Of a DNA stretch of 64,000 bases, positions 13,139-25,920 are shown one piece after another. This DNA comes from the human T2T-CHM13v2.0 reference genome, Homo sapiens: the NCBI RefSeq assembly GCF_009914755.1, contig NC_060947.1. One strand, given 5' to 3'. The stretch's first letter is position 1, and every line of letters starts with the position of its first letter. A model generated the notes under the pieces. It searched no databases and was not told the origin of the DNA. It saw only the letters and a list, made by a program, of their open reading frames with translations. Both the position numbers and the translations under genes were made by a program.

Positions 13139-13538
13139 CATTAAAACAGATGAAATAAAATACACAGATTCATGAAGAAAACAAATTATGTGGGAATATA
13201 GTTATGGAAATATTTTTATGGTAATATAGTTATGGAAATAAGAATATATATTATTTGTGTTATCCCATTAATTAACAAGATATACTAGCTGACATCAATT
13301 TGGAGTTGTGATAAGTGTAAATGATATTTCATGATCTTTCATGCAGCAAGAGTAATATGATGTAAAAATACTCATGGTTTCTATGGGTAACAAAGTCATA
13401 GGACAACTAATTTTGCTGTGATTTGTTGTTTACATCCATAATAGAGGAGAATACTAATGTTCAGGTTAGTGAAGAAATATAGTTTTTTCTACAATCACAT
13501 TTGCATATTCCTGAATTTCCCCAGATTAAGAACTCCTC
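13139..13538 (+). mobile_element. hAT-Charlie DNA transposon (MER119-like), right part
   Basis: AAATAAAATACACAGATT...AATATAGTTAT continues the left part. Ends with the TIR CAGATTAAGAACTCCT. Confidence 0.65.
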
Positions 13539-14279
13539 TTAAAAAGTTTACACAGTTTGCTCCCAGAAGAACGATTCAATGTATTGCTTTTAATGGCTTT
13601 TATAGAAGATAATCTGTAGAAAAATGAAAAAGGCCACTGTGACATAACTATTGTGATATAGTGTCTCTGATTTTCTATATAGTATCAGTTTGATTTCCTT
13701 GAGGATATGAAGGATCTACTAAGCAGGAAACTTGGCATTATTAATGTGAGGTAATTAAATTCTTAATCAACCTAACTTCCTTATTTCCTAGAAACACAAA
13801 TTATGCCCAAGGATGCAAACACCAGGAAGCTGTCATAAAATTCTGTATTGAATTTACAGAATAAATATTCTAATTTCTGGCAAATCATATATGAATAAGT
13901 TTTTTGTTTAAGCAAAACAAAGAAATACAACGTTTGCATTTTTAAACAGAAACGCTAGTAAAAATTGTCAAATATTATTTAATATCCAGAGAATGTTTCC
14001 AATTAACAGTCAGTAACACTCCACTAAGCTCCCAAATCAGTCATCTTAAATTCTATAACCAGAAAACTTAGTGCATAGGAAAACCAGCACATGACACAAG
14101 GCTTACTATAGTGCCTTTATGACTTATATGTATGTTTATCTAAATTTATAAAATCTTCTTCATAAATAAAATTTATGAACTTAGGAAAGATGTACATAAA
14201 TTTTAACTAATTTATCCTACTTAATAGAATCCTGGTGAAATACAACAGAGGTATTACTGGCCTTCACCATGAACTGGTG

Positions 14280-15320
14280 ACAAGGGATTAATGACAAGAA
14301 CACATATGAAGCTCAAACAAGTCTACAGGAAGTAATGTAATAATCTGATCAAAATAGGCAAAAGATTTGAATTGGCTTTTTCTCAAAAGAAGACATATAA
14401 ATGGCAAACATGCATATGAAAATGAAATGCAAATCAAAAGTACAATGAAATATCATTTCACCTCTGTTAAAATGGCTTACATCCAAAAGACAGGCAATAA
14501 CAAATGCTGACAAGGATGTGGAGAAAAGGGAACCCTTTTACGCTGTTCTTGGGAATGTAAAGTATCACAACCATTATGGAGAACAGTTTGGAGGCTCCCC
14601 AAAAATCTAAAACTAGAGCTACCATATTATTCACCCATCCCACTGCTTGGTATATACCTAAAATAAGAAAATTAATATATTGAACAGATATCTGCACTGC
14701 CATGTTTGTTGCAACACTGTTAGCCAAAAGTTGGAAGCAACCAAAGTGTCCATCAACACATGAATGGATAGAAAATTGTAGTACTTACACACAAATGAGT
14801 AGCATTCAGCCACAAAGAAAAAGATTCTGTCACTTGCAACAACATGGACAGAACTGGAGGTCATTATACTAAGTGAAATAAGCCAGGCGCAGAAAGACAA
14901 ACTTTGTAAGTTCTCACTTATTTGTGGTATCTAAAAACCAAAATAATTGAAGTCATAGATATAGAGAGTAGAAGGATGGTTACCAGAGGCCGGATAGCAT
15001 AGTGGGGAATTGGAGAGGTTGTGGGTGATGATTAAAGGGTACAAAAAATAGTTAGAAAGAAGGAATAAGACCTATTATTTGGTAGCACAATTGGGTGACT
15101 ATAGACAGTAATACAACAATAATTTAGTTGTACATTTTAAAATAACTAAAAGAGTATAATTTGTATTGTTTGTAACACAAAGGATAAATGCTTGAGTGGA
15201 TGGTATCCCATTCTCCATAATGTGATTATTATGCACTGCATGCCTGTATCAAAACACCTCATATACTCCATAAATATATACAACAACAATACCCACAAAA
15301 GTTAAAAATTAAAAAAGAAT
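14280..15320 (+). mobile_element. 5'-truncated LINE-1 (L1MA-like), ORF2 end plus 3'UTR
   Basis: CAAGGGATTAAT..., AAAAGAAGACATA..., 3'UTR GGATAAATGCTTGAGTGGATGG and an A-rich tail. Homologous to 1370-2450. Confidence 0.9.
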
Positions 15321-16740
15321 ATGCTGAAACAACTGATAAAAGTTCCATCAGTTGTATACATTTGTCTCAATTCTATATGCAGTAGTCCTTGATTTGGTTC
15401 ACTTGAAGTGATATTTTGGTAATCGTTGAAGATTTAGTAGTTTTCTAAAGTCTTAATTTCAACTACTTTAAATATTGTAAAGGACAGATGCCTGAAGCCA
15501 AATAAGTCTCTATATTGGTACTCAATCAACGGTGACTACTCTCTTGAGCTAATCGTATTTACCATTTCTGGAATATTTCAGATTGCCCACCAATAGATTT
15601 CCTCTGAATGTTTTCTTTATTTTTCTCTGTGTCCTTACAATCAGTCACTTTCATGTAGATAACCAGAGCTTTAGTTTGTTTCAAGAAGTTGAGACAGCTT
15701 AACTAATTAGTTATACCTGGTAGATGTAGATGTATTATACCTGATAGAAATGACTACTCATATGACATCTAGGCAGAGTGTAGGACTACTTTAAGTTAAG
15801 CTAACATTATCTATGTTGAGAAATGGGAAAAAAATCCATTAGGTCTGCTTGAGTTGTAAAGAGGCACAAGCAGTGCAGGAGATGGAAGTTGTGAGCAAGT
15901 ATTGAGTGAGTGTGCACATGTCATATAGAACTGCCCTAAAGGCAGTTCAGGGAATAGAAGTGATTTCCTTGTAGAGGCTTGAATAACACAGGACAGAAAA
16001 GTGCTATTCCCCTGATATTATTTAATAACATATTAATATTTCATATTTGAGGCCGATATTTAGTGCCATTCATCAGCTTCAAAAGCAATCTATAAAGGAA
16101 ACCACATAAATCAATATAAGATTTGGAGCAGAATTAAATAAAAGAGAAGTTAAATAAAGGACATTGGGAGATAAAAGGGAGAAGAAGAGTCAATGGTGGT
16201 ATTTTTGTTTTGCTTTCTGCACACATTAAATGAGAATAAGTGTATTGAGGGAGCTGTGGTAGAATAAGGTTAGGCATGGCCTTGTAAAGTCTTTGTAGTA
16301 AAGTTATATTTTACACATGATTAAAAGTAGATACACAGAGAGAGTATGTGTTGGAAATCTAATTAATTTCTAAATAAGTGTATTATGTTTATTACATATA
16401 GGCTGAATTAGGCTGATTTCCTATATAATTAGTCTTATTGAAGAGGTTTATTTGTTGTTGTCTTAATTTTTATGAGTAAATAACTGACATGATTGTCAAC
16501 TCATGTACAGAAATGAGACTGACACTTGAAAATGCATCAATAAAAGATAACCCGTAACATTTGAAAATCATAGCTGGTGGTTCTACTAAGTGGATATAAG
16601 ATAGATTTTCTTCAGAAATGTGCTCATCCCATAAATCCATAAATGAGAAAGGAAGTTTGGATTGAACAATACAGTTATTTACAAAGAATGTTGCACAAGT
16701 AGGATTGTGTTAAATTGTCAAATATTTTTCATATGGGGAC

Positions 16741-17318
16741 TGTATTAGTCAGGGTTCTCCAGAGAAGCAGAAACAACAGAATACATACATACATATATAC
16801 ATACATACAAGTGGGGATTTATTGTGAGAATTGGCTCCTGTGATCACGGAAGCCAAGAATTTCCTCTATGCCATCTTCAAGCTGGAGAATCAGAAAAGCC
16901 AATGGTATAATTTAGTCTGAGTCCAAACATATGAGAACCAGGGGAGGAGATAATATCACTCTCAGTCCAAGGCCAAAGGCCTGAGAACCAAGAAGAGGCA
17001 GCACTAATATGTCCCACAGTCTGAAGGTCCAAGAACCAGCAGTTTCAATGCCCAAGGGCAGCAGAAGATAGCTATTCCAGCTCAAGGAAAATGAGAGTGA
17101 ACTCACTCTTCTTCTGCCTTTTTATTCTATTTGAGCCTCAGTGGACTGGATGATGCCCATTCAAATTGGCAATGGTGGATCATCTTTATTCAGCATACTC
17201 ACTCAAATACCAGTCTCTTCTGGAAAAAGCTTCACAAACATACACAAAAATAATATTTTACTAGCTATCTGGATGTTCATTAAGACAGTCAAGTTGACGC
17301 ATAAAATTACCCATCACA
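16741..17318 (-). mobile_element. MLT2 (ERVL) solo LTR containing a (TACA)n microsatellite
   Basis: TGTATTAGTCAGGGTTCTCCAGAGAA...AAAATTACCCATCACA. 5-bp TSD GGGAC/GGAAC. Confidence 0.88.
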
Positions 17319-18124
17319 GGAACAAAGATACATTTGCTTGACAATAGGGCTGGTACATATGAGCTGTGAGGTAGTTTAAGAAGTAATTAAAATGTAGAAG
17401 GCCATCTTGAACAATTTTTATTTAAAGAAAGACTGCTTTCTGAGATAATACAGATTGTACAATTCATTATAAGAAATAAGATATTTAAGACATTTGCCAA
17501 AGATAAGGTCATAAAACAAAAATCATGTTATCATGACTAAGCCAATGCTGAAAACCAAAGAAGAAAGAGAATCTGACATAACTGAGCTAGCAGCATTTGA
17601 CTAAAGGAATGTGAGAAAAAATATTGAGTATGTAAAATAATACAGAAAACAGCATAAGAGAGTTTTATCAAGACATGCTTTAAACAATGATGAAGGGAAA
17701 ATAAGAGATTAACAATTAATTAATTAAGCATAAGTTATGAGAAAAAAATAGAAATGAACCAGAACCTATAGCTAAGGAAGAAAAAAGAAAAGAAAAAATA
17801 TAATTTTTGCAAGGCGAAGAAGATGAGCTGCTATTGCTTTGAAAAAAAATGTTATTTTTAAGTTCCAAGGAAAGCAGCAAGTTAAAAAGAGAAACGCATA
17901 AGCCATTAAAGAACAAGAAAACAAAACTAACTTCAGCTTTGTCTTGCACATTTCTGAGAAGGTCATCAAGTAGCAAAATCTTAGAGAAAGAGGAGTAGCA
18001 TAGAACCTTGTTTAAATAGTTAAAAGAAAAACAAGATACATAAAAAATTAATAGATGTTCTTACAGATTTGTTTGCATCAAACATTAAAAGAGTATTTAT
18101 GTAGTCAATAAAATTGATGTTATG

Positions 18125-19232
18125 CCAAAGACTGCAAAAGCAATTGTTACAAAAGCAAAAATTGACAAATGAGACCTAATTGAAGCTCTTCAGAGCTTCT
18201 GCACAGCAAAAGAAACTATCAACAGAGTAAACAGACAACCTACAGAATGAGAAAAAATATTTGCAAACTATGCATCCAACAAAGGTCTAATATCCAGAAT
18301 CTATAAGTAACTTAAACAAATCAACAAGCAAAAATCAAACAATCCCATTTTTTAAAATTGGGCTGAAGATTTGAACAAACACTTCTCAAAAGAAGACATA
18401 CATGTGGCCAAAAAGCATATGAAAAAATGCTCAGCATCACTAATTATTAGCAAATTGCTTATTAAAACCCCAATAATTTACAATCTCACACCAGTCAGAA
18501 TGGCTATTACTACAAAGTAAGAAACAAAACAAAACAAAACAAAAAAAGATGCTGGTGAGATTGTGGAGAAAAGAGAACCCTTATACACTGCTGGCGAGAA
18601 TGCAAATTAGTTCAGCCACTGTTGAAAGAAGTCTGAGGATTTCTCAACGAACTTAAACAGAACTACCATTCAATGCAGCAATCCCATTCCTGGATATATA
18701 CCCGAAGGAATATAAATCTTTCTACTATAAATAACCATGCATGTATATGTTCATTGCAGCACTATTCACAATAGCAAAGACATGGAGTTAACCTAAATAC
18801 CCATCAACAGTGGCATGGATAAAAAAAACTGTGGTACATATACACAGTGGAATCCTATGTAGCTATAAGAAAAAATAAAATCATGTCCTTTGTATCAATA
18901 TGAAGGTAATTGGAGGCAATTGTTCTAATCAAATTAACACAGAACCACAATATCTAATACTGCATATTTTGACTTATAAGTAGGAGCTAAATATTGAGTA
19001 TATATGGACACAAAGGAAAAAACAATAGATACCGGGGCCTACTTGAGGGTGGAGGGTAGGAGGAAGGTGAGGGTCATAAGACTCCCTATCGGGTGATGTG
19101 CTCATTACCCAAGTAGTAAAATAATCTGTACATTAAACCCTTGCAACATGCAATTAACCCATGTAATATACCTGCACAGGTACCCTCTGAACTTACAATA
19201 AAAGTTGGAGAGAAAAACAAAGTTAAAAAATA
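18125..19232 (+). mobile_element. 5'-truncated LINE-1 (L1PA15/16-like)
   Basis: ORF2 C-terminus plus 3'UTR ending AATAAAAGTTGGAGAGAAAAA. 18-bp TSD AATAAAATTGATGTTATG (18107-18124) / AATAAAGGTGATGTTATG (19233-19250). Confidence 0.92.
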
Positions 19233-19323
19233 AATAAAGGTGATGTTATGGGAAAAGAAAAACATATAGAGAGTAAAAGTGCAACAAATCCGTGTGTACT
19301 ATAGGATCTTTGTAAAAAATATA

Positions 19324-19969
19324 AAGTTGATTCTTATTATTCACTGTAGTTTTGTTCTGTAAAGTTGCTGTGAACATTTAATTAGTAAATACTGATCCAT
19401 TTCTCCTAGGGGAAATAAATGGGTTTCTTTGAGCCTCTGGTCACAACATATTTGTTAACAAGTCAATATATAGCATTGTTTTATGTGTGTTTTTGTTTAA
19501 AGACAGCTTATTTAATATATACTGTTGATGTATTGACATTGAACTCATGGCCAGCAGCGTTATGACTCATGCCTGAATTAAAGTTTTCTAACACAGGTAT
19601 TTTCTCCACGAGGTGAAAATACACATCACAGCCTTCTTGCACTTAGGAACTGTAAATGTCACCTTATTACTGTGCTTGGGGATCATTTTAGACAGTGAAA
19701 TCACGTATAAAAAGCACAACATTGAAAAAAAATACGGCACTAAATCGACCGTGAACGTATGCTTGTTTACAGTAGGAGAGCTGAAACAACAAGGTAGTGT
19801 CTCATTGTTTGACCTTAGCTAAGAATATGTGCATGAAGTGATGAAATTTTTTTTCACTGCTCTGTGCATATCCTTCAATGACAGTAAAAGTGCTGTATTA
19901 ATTTGGGTATAACAAGTTTTAGTTAGTAGCCAAAATGGCAAATATGGAACTTACAAATAATTAAGACTG
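19324..19969 (+). mobile_element. TcMar-Tigger non-autonomous element (MER82-like)
   Basis: Starts AGTTGATTCTTATTATTCAC...CTCCTAGGGGAAATA...GAGCCTCTGGTCACAACAT and ends ACAAATAATTAAGACTG. Confidence 0.78.
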
Positions 19970-20195
19970 TTATCTCTATGTTTCTATATCTTTATCTCTA
20001 TACTGCTATTTCAGTGTCATCTCTCTATTTATTTATCCTTTTTGAGAGAGAGAAAGGGGAGGAGAAAGAGGGAGAGACTGGAAAAACGTATTCAAAAATA
20101 CTAACTATTTTTCTTGGAGAAAAGCTTATGAGTAGTTCCCATTTTCTTTTTCTTTCCTACCACTTCTAGTTAGTCTAGAGTGAATGTGTATTGCT

Positions 20196-20325
20196 TTTTC
20201 TTTTTGGAAGAAATGGGGTCTTGCTATGTTGCCAAGGCTAGTCTCGAACTCCTGGCCTTGAGCAATCCTCCTGTCTTTGCCTCTCAAAGTGCTGGGATTA
20301 CAGTCAGGACCAAGCATTACCAGCC
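20196..20325 (-). mobile_element. FLAM / Alu left monomer
   Basis: GGGGTCTTGCTATGTTGCC...CTCGAACTCCTGGCCTTGAGCAATCCTCC...CAAAGTGCTGGGATTACAG; single arm only. Confidence 0.85.
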
Positions 20326-21849
20326 TTTTATTGCTTTTATAACAAGTATTCTGAGAAGTTATTTTATTTTGTAAAGAAAAGCATTATTAATTTTATAAGT
20401 AACACAATATTAAAAGAAAGTAATGAAGCTATAATTAAATTCAGATAGATAGAAGAATGCGTAATTGAAATTAGAAAAAAATAGTGCACACAGAATTAAA
20501 TATAGATAGGTACAGCCATAGTTTATGAGACTCTAGAGGAGAAACTAAAAGAAAAAGAAGAACAAAAGAAAATAAGAATTTAGATTCATCACATTTGTGA
20601 AAAGAATTGGTTGCTAATAGCTGTGTATGGGGTGTCGGTTATCATTTGAAAAGCTGAAATTACAAAATGTAAGCTTATTTCTATAATTCAAGAAATGTTT
20701 ATTATGATGCTTCCTGGGAAAGAGAATATTGCCATTTATGCTGGGGAACTTTGTGATATAATATAAATTGGTGTGTGTTGTTGTTTCTCTTCCTTTGGTA
20801 CTGTGAATGTTGTTCTCTGTAATAGTATAAAATGGGTTTAGTCCAGATAAGAAGTTGAAGCAATAAAGCATGATTTTATTCAGACTCTTTAATGTTTTAT
20901 TATTTTTAATTTAATATACTAATATTAAATATTTTATTAGCTACACTAATAAAGACAGCATGATAAGTGTCAGAGTAAGTATAGACGTAAAAAACAATGG
21001 AATGGAATGTTATCGGTGTAACAATTATGACTTCACCAGAGAGAAAAACCCTTGAGATAGTCAAAGTTCTGTTATGCTTTACCTGGTTATAAACCATACT
21101 TCAACAGAGCTATAATTTGGATAGGCCGTTTAGTTTTTAATTATCAAAAATATTCAATTTATAATAGATAACTTTTTATTCATTAAAATTACTGCTTTAA
21201 ATTTTACAATGATCTGATTTATAACTAATAACAAATTGAGCTTATGACTAATTTAGTGGTATTGGTAAATATAATTGAGCATCTTTATTTAAAGATAAGT
21301 TCATAACCAGTTCTTCCGATTGGTATTTTGCATTATAATTACTCAAATAACATTTAACCATTGCTTCCGTATCCTCGCCAAGAGCTACAGTCAATGTTTC
21401 TCCCATTTTTATTTAGCACAGATGAAACGTGACACATAATCCATATTATTAATTCCAGACTGAATCCCTGGAAAATGTTACACTTGATTTCCCCCTGAAG
21501 AGTACCCAGAAGAGCCATAGTGTTCAAAGTCACACTTATGATTAATGTACTAAACATTTTAATATGTTACATGGGCTGAATATTTAGTATTATCAGTGTG
21601 CCTTCAGGAAAAAAAAAACCTCTTTAAAAGTGAAAATTTCAATTAATTAAACCATGAATTTTTTCTCCAACAGACCAAACCTCCTACTAAAATGTGTTTT
21701 TTATTGAGGTAAGTAAATCAAATGGTCTGATAGGAGTACTGTGGAAATTCCATTAAAATAATTACAATATTCACCGAACTCTCATTTCTTCATCTGCATT
21801 TTGAATATCTCCTTGCAATACATCTTCGGGTTGCCTATATTCAAGTTCC

Positions 21850-22440
21850 TGCTTGGCCCATCACAAACTAAGTAACCTTTATCGAGTTAACATCTCTGAC
21901 ATCTATTTCTTCATCTGCAAAATGAGAATGATAAGAGTTCTTATGTACTATGTTGTGTCCACTCCCAAATTCATGTTTGAATTTCTAACCCTCAATTAAT
22001 GGTCGTTGGAGAAGAGGCCTTTGGGAGATAATTAGGTTTAGGTGAGGTCATGAGAGTGAGGCAAATTTGTGCCTTTATCAAAAGGGACATCAGAGAATTC
22101 TCTCTCACACACACACACACACAATCACCACCCCGTCTCTTTTTTTCTCTCTCTACCATATGATGACAGAGAGAGAAGGTAGCCAGCTGGAAGCCAGGGA
22201 GAGAGCCCTCATTAGAATCCAACCATACTGTCATAATTATCTCATACTTCTAGTCCCCAGTATTATAATAAATTAATTTTCTGTTGCTTAGCTATCCAAT
22301 TGATGATATTTTGTTATGGAAGCCTGAGCTGGCTAAAGAGTATCCAATTTTTAGGGTTGTAATGAAAATTAAATGAGAAAAAATATATAAAACACGTAGT
22401 CCTTACTTCATATATAGTAAATGCATAGTAAAGATTATTT
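21850..22440 (+). mobile_element. MIR interrupted by an MLT1A LTR
   Basis: MIR core TTTCTTCATCTGCAAAATGAGAATGATAA before about 21937; the continuation AGGGTTGTAATGAAAATTAAATGAGA follows 22340. Confidence 0.65.
21937..22339 (+). mobile_element. MLT1A-like MaLR solo LTR
   Basis: CCCAAATTCATGTTTGAA..GGCCTTTGGGAGATAATTAGGTTTAGGTGAGGTCATGAG...TTTTGTTATGGAAGCCTGAGCTGGCTAAAGA. Confidence 0.75.
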
Positions 22441-22539
22441 TCTAATACTATGACTAATTATTTTTGTTATTATTACCACTTGTATTGCATATATCAGCTC
22501 AGTATGAATTTATCCACTACTTGCTGAATAATCCCTGAA

Positions 22540-22740
22540 TGAAGAGACAATATAGTGCAATATTTGACAATGTGTGCTCTAAATCACACTTTGTTTTAAT
22601 CAAGCTCACTCAGTATTTATTAGCTGAGGGATGTCAGCAAGTAATTTAACCAGTCTGATGCTCAATTTTTCTCATTTGTAAAATTGTGATGTTAATCCTA
22701 ATTATAATATGGGATTGTTGAGAATCATGTATTTTGAAAG
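22540..22740 (+). mobile_element. MIR
   Basis: TTATTAGCTGAGGGATGTCAGCAAGTAATTTAACC...CTCAATTTTTCTCATTTGTAAAATTG core. Confidence 0.65.
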
Positions 22741-22790
22741 AATCCAAAACATTTTTAATCAGTAATCAATCAAATAAAAAACTAGAGCCT

Positions 22791-23159
<369 letters not shown>

Positions 23160-23739
23160 TTAAATGGGTAAAAAAATATAAGAAAAAGTGACTCTAAAGT
23201 GCTGCGTCATCAAGATAATCTACTGAGATGTGAAAAAAATGAGAAGTTATTATTCATCTTCATGCAAACAATCAGGAACTAAATAGCCTTTACTAATATA
23301 TTCTATACTAAGTAATATTAATATTCTCACTGGTTCTGTCAGAGTAACATGTAGCACCTGATTCTCACAGCACACTGAGGGCAGAATTACAGCTCCGTGA
23401 GACAGAGGAAGTCATAAAGGCAATTTTTTCCCTTATATCATATTGTAAAATCAGTCAAATTAATTTGCCTATTTGAGTGGAGTTACCAGTTATAATACCT
23501 TGTTTTAATTAAAGGCACCCTTACAAAACAGAAAAGTGTATTTAAAACGTTGCTACAATGTAACCATGTATTGAAGATACTATATATAGAATAAGAAAAT
23601 AGCAAGGGAATAGCAGAGCTGAAATATGTACTAATACTATGATGTTTAGTAAGCCTTGTAACAGAGAAAAATAATAATTATTTAATCGGATTTGTTATGT
23701 TCATTGATATTGTTGTCACTAGATTTGTTATTGTTATAA

Positions 23740-25920
23740 GAGGCATACCTCCGAGATAGTGCAGGTTGGTTTCCAGATGACCACAATGAAGTGAATATCA
23801 CAATAAATGGAGTCGCACATTTTTTGTTTCCCAGTGCACACAAATGTTTTGTTTACACTGTGCTGTAATCTATTAAGTCTGCCACAGAATTGTGTAAATA
23901 AACAACGTACATACCTTAATTTAAAAATACATTATTGCTAAAATATGCTAATGATAATTTGAGCCTTCAGCAAATCATAATCCTTTTGTTGGTGAAGAGT
24001 CTTGCTGTGATGTTGATGGCTGCTGAGTAATCAGGATATTGGTCCCTGAAGATTGGGAAGGCTGTGGCAATTTCTTAAAATAAGGCAACAGTGAAGTTTG
24101 CAGCATTGATTAACTCTTTCTTTCATGGGTGATTTCTCTGTAGTACGTGATGTCTTTTTATCTGCAATAGAGTTTCTTTTACAATTGAAGTCAATCCTCT
24201 CAAACCCTGCCATTGCTTTATCAACTAAGCTTACGTAATATTACAAATCCTTTATTGTTATTTCAGCTTTGTTGATTGCATCTTCATAAGGAACAGATTC
24301 CCTTTCAAGAAACCACTTTCTTTGCTCATCCATAGGAAACAACTACTCATTCACTCACGTATTTCACAAGATTTCTGAAACTTAGTTATAGCTTCAGGCT
24401 CCATTATTGTAGTTATCTTAGTATTTCCACCATATCTGCAGTTACTTTTCTCACTGAAGGCCTGAATACATCAAAGTCAGCCATGAGGGATGGAATCAAC
24501 TTTTTTCCAAATTCTTGTCAGTGTTCATATTTCAGCCTTCTCTGATGAATCACAAATGTTCTAGCATCTAGAATGATGAATCCTTTCTAGGAAATTTTCA
24601 ATTTCCTTTGCCCAGATCTGTCAGAGGAATCGCTGTCTATGGCAGCTATAGCCTTACAAAATGTACATCTTAAATATAAAATTTGAATGTCAAAATTATA
24701 CCTTGATCCATGGGCTGCAGGATGGATGTTGTATTAGTAGGCATGAAAACATGTTTAATCTACTGTATATTTCCATCAGAGCCCTTGGGTAACCAGATGC
24801 ATTTCAATGAGCAGTAATATTCTGAAAGGAATCTTTTTTTTTTAGCAGTAGGTACAAACAGTGGGCTTAAATTATTCAAGAAACCATGCTGTACACAGTT
24901 CGGTTGTCATCTGGACCTTGTTGTCCCATTTACAGAGCACAGGCAGAGTCAATTTAGCATAATTCTTAAGGGCGCTAGGATTTTCATAACAGCTAATTGT
25001 ATTGCTGCATATTGCTAATATTCAATTTACGCTCATTAAGCTCACCTTAACCTCAGTGAGGTTTCAACAGAAAGTCATCAGCTGCATCAGTCCTTAATAG
25101 GAGAGATAGCCTGTCCTTTGAAGTTTTGAAGCCAGTCATTCACTTCTCCTCTCTAGCTATGAAAGACCTAGAGGATATCTTATTCGAATAGACAGTGTTT
25201 TGTGTCTGTTGAAAAATCTGGCTTTGTTTTGTTAGGGCCTTATCTGTATCTTTCTTCATATCAGCAAAAAAGCTGTTTCCCTTTTCTATCATTTATGTGT
25301 TCACTAGAATAGCACTTTTAATTTTCTTCAATGGCTTTTCTTTTGCATTCGCAACTTGGCTGTTTGGTAAAAGAGGCCTAGATTTCAGCCTGTCTTGGCT
25401 TTGGACATGCCTTCCTCACTAAGCTTAAATATTTCTGGCTTTTTATTTAAAGTAAGAGATTTGTGAATCTTCTTTTAAACTTTAATACTTAGAGGCCATT
25501 GTAGGATTATTAGTTGACATAATTTCAATATTTTTGTGTATCAGGAAACAGGGATGCCTGAGAAGAAGGAGAGAGATGAGGGAAATTTCAGTCAATGAAG
25601 CAGTCAGAACACCTATATTTATCAATTAAGTTTGCCATTTTATATGGGCGTGGTTCATGGTACCTCCAAATAATTTAATTAGTAACATCAAAGATCACTA
25701 ATCACAGATCACCATAACATATATAGTGATAATGCAAATGTTTGACATATTATCAGAATCACCAAAATGTGACCCAGAGACAGAAAGTGAGTACAGGCTA
25801 TTGGAAAAATAATGCCAATAGATTTGTTGAATGCATGGTTGCCACAAACCTTCTATTTGCAAAAAACAAGAGATCCATGAAGAGTAATAAAGCAAAGTGT
25901 AATAAGACAAGATATGCCTG
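23740..25920 (-). mobile_element. Near-full-length Tigger1 DNA transposon with a decayed transposase
   Basis: TIRs (G)AGGCATACCTC... and ...GATATGCCTG followed by TA. ORF 24031-24213 begins AGFERIDFN, like the Tigger1 transposase C-terminus. Confidence 0.92.

Noticed and set aside
13195-13240. Short direct duplication AATATAGTTATGGAAATA (similar case at 57366-57402)
   Set aside because: Ordinary slippage duplications within dead repeats.
17480-18060. Purine-rich strand-biased stretch as a coding exon or processed pseudogene
   Set aside because: The ORF track shows no + strand ORF of 60 aa or more here and I see no recognisable protein. It may be a very old L1/HAL1 remnant, but I cannot support a call.
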